From Vermamoeba vermiformis (Eukaryota): a DNA stretch of 64,000 nucleotides. Where the stretch lies: NCBI GenBank assembly GCA_045837725.1, contig JBEWZL010000022.1, forward strand, positions 1-64,000, in the 5' to 3' direction. The position numbers and the translations under genes were made by a program. This document shows positions 59,401-64,000 of the stretch, in pieces. The first letter of the stretch is position 1, and every line of letters starts with the position of its first letter. The notes below the pieces were generated by a model. That model was not told the origin of the DNA. It worked only from the letters and a program-made list of their open reading frames with translations, and did no database searches.

Positions 59401-60086
59401 CTAGTTGCTGGAAAAGATGACTTGAGCTGGCCGTTAGTTGAATTGTGGACGCTGCAACTGATGCTGGATCCGTAGATCGACAGCGCAGGCTGCGTGTACT
59501 GTTGCTCGAAGATGGTGCCCGAGATAGCCGCAGGATTTACCCAAATACCATAGGTAAAGCCATACTGAAGGGCTAAGCTGGCAACAATAGGACTTCCTGT
59601 CAAAAGTGTTATATGTCAGATCGAATCTGCTTCGGCCAACAAAAACTACGAACCGTGTAGAAGGAACATATAGCCCGCGGTGGCTACAGAAAGGCCGTTC
59701 TTGAACTTGCCAGTAACTACGGTAGCATTAACGACTTTGCCGGGAACGTTGCCAGCACGAGATGCATCCGGAGAAAACCCGGTGCCATCCACGGAGTCCA
59801 TTGGCCAATAGCTAACTACTCCTTTAAGATGTGAGGGGATGCTATTCGGATCGACTCTATATAAAGAAGCGGTTAGAACTGAATCAAAATAGTTTTTAGA
59901 TCGAATCTCGTACGTGGATTGAAATCCATCCTTGGCAGAAGAAAGAACGATATTATCGACCACATCGAACATATCGTTAGAAGCAGGGTCACTAGTAAAG
60001 CATGTCGAGAAGGTATGCGTGCCTCGTTGCATTGAAAGTTGAATCAGCAACACGCTGCAGACCACGAACAGCAACAACTTCGGCAT
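56467..60086 (-). CDS. Secreted, GPI/TM-anchored protein: LamG/ConA-like lectin domain + putative glycoside-hydrolase-like domain, multi-exon
   Basis: Signal MPKLLLFVVCSVLLIQLSMQ; SYWPMD, WSYVACRYD, FSGVLDELMIWNRPLS (LamG); FHPLYL...RFMDW, WFNIPALATDDYV, IYIEYSNEIWN, APYFG, AYESG; hydrophobic tail. Confidence 0.8.
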
Positions 60087-60955
60087 TAGTTCTCTAGTGG
60101 TGTTAGTGGCTATTGAAAGTAAATAAATAAATGTATTTTTCCCGTATTTAAGCTTGTTTGACACTTATCAACAGGTGGATCTCCTTCGGGTGTTTATCTA
60201 TTGCACTTACGATTCGATAACGGACGGAGACTAGACTCGCTGTATTAGTCGTCGTAATTGCACTAATGCAGTGAATGATTCGAATATAGGACCTAAACGA
60301 GAACTCTGCTCAGTTTTCCATAAAAACCAATTACAAACGTACATCCGAGTCTGACTCGTTGAAGTTGACGCCAGAAACCCATAAAATACAACTTATGGTA
60401 GTCTTAAACGCACTATTTGTACTGTCCGATGATAGTTAAATACAATAGTAACGGCCTGCTCAAAAAAAATTGTCGTTAGCTAAAATCGTCTGAAACTTTA
60501 AATTATAGTTTAAATTACCGTTAGTAATGCTTATACGTGCAATTGAGTGCCGACAGTTGATGAATCACAAATCTTCGTTTGGTCCAGTACTAAATGGAAC
60601 TTAGGTCTCATTTTTTTGTGCACTGGACCGATTCGCTGGACGGGAGGTAATTACTGGCCAAAATAGTTCATTGATGCCAGTACTTAGTCTTGTCACCTGA
60701 TTGGTCACTTGAGCACCGAGGTAGTCTTGTTTTGTAACCGCCGATCTGAACGAGTTCATACTACGACTAGGGATCTAATATGAAAAATTAATCATCTAGT
60801 ATAAGATCCGAATCTTTACTTACCTGTAAGAGTATGCCATAGTAATATTCGGAATGTTCTTATTATGTTAGCTGGGGATTGAAATGATTTGGATCCGAGT
60901 TTAAATTAAAAGAAAATTTTTAGTTGTTAAATTGGATTTTGAATTAAATAAACGC

Positions 60956-63822
<2,867 letters not shown>

Positions 63823-64000
63823 GCATATAAGGCGTCTAGTGTTGATCTAGAACGAAATAAATGGAAATTAGGATTCACAACGAAAAATCTGGTGAAAACT
63901 GCCAAGGAAACTGAACAATGTCAGAAGGGACCTAAATATTGTCTACTGATATGACCAACTTCATAAAATAAGGTTAATCCGATTAACGAACGTCGATCGA

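Overview
AT-rich, intron-rich eukaryotic DNA with short GT-AG introns and the standard genetic code; the gene content points to a free-living protist, probably an amoebozoan (inference). Host genes include a divergent ADP/ATP carrier, RagC/D GTPase, GH47 alpha-1,2-mannosidase, S10 serine carboxypeptidase, LmbE/PIG-L deacetylase, Zn2Cys6 transcription factor, saposin-like protein, TOM1-like membrane protein, FYVE-IPT protein, several F-box/LRR proteins, secreted/GPI-type surface proteins and a MYRF-like protein with a peptidase S74 self-cleavage domain. Two intact-looking mobile elements are present. (1) A 2.37-kb TGT...ACA integrase transposon (Ginger/TDD-like, 4956-7322) with 29-bp imperfect TIRs, two introns and a 6-bp TSD. 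(2) An L1/Tx1-type EN-RT locus (about 46248-51746, minus strand), the best candidate for an undescribed system: it has a predicted in-frame, stop-free spliceosomal intron in ORF1, three separate structured-RNA segments (5' leader, intron, 3' end), an upstream TATA palindrome and no visible poly(A) tail or TSD. The window also holds a ~2.7-kb inverted segmental duplication, tandem gene duplications, GATC clusters just downstream of many splice donors and four perfect copies of TGACACGTGTCA. Exon boundaries were read by eye, and family assignments come from motif recognition, not database searches.
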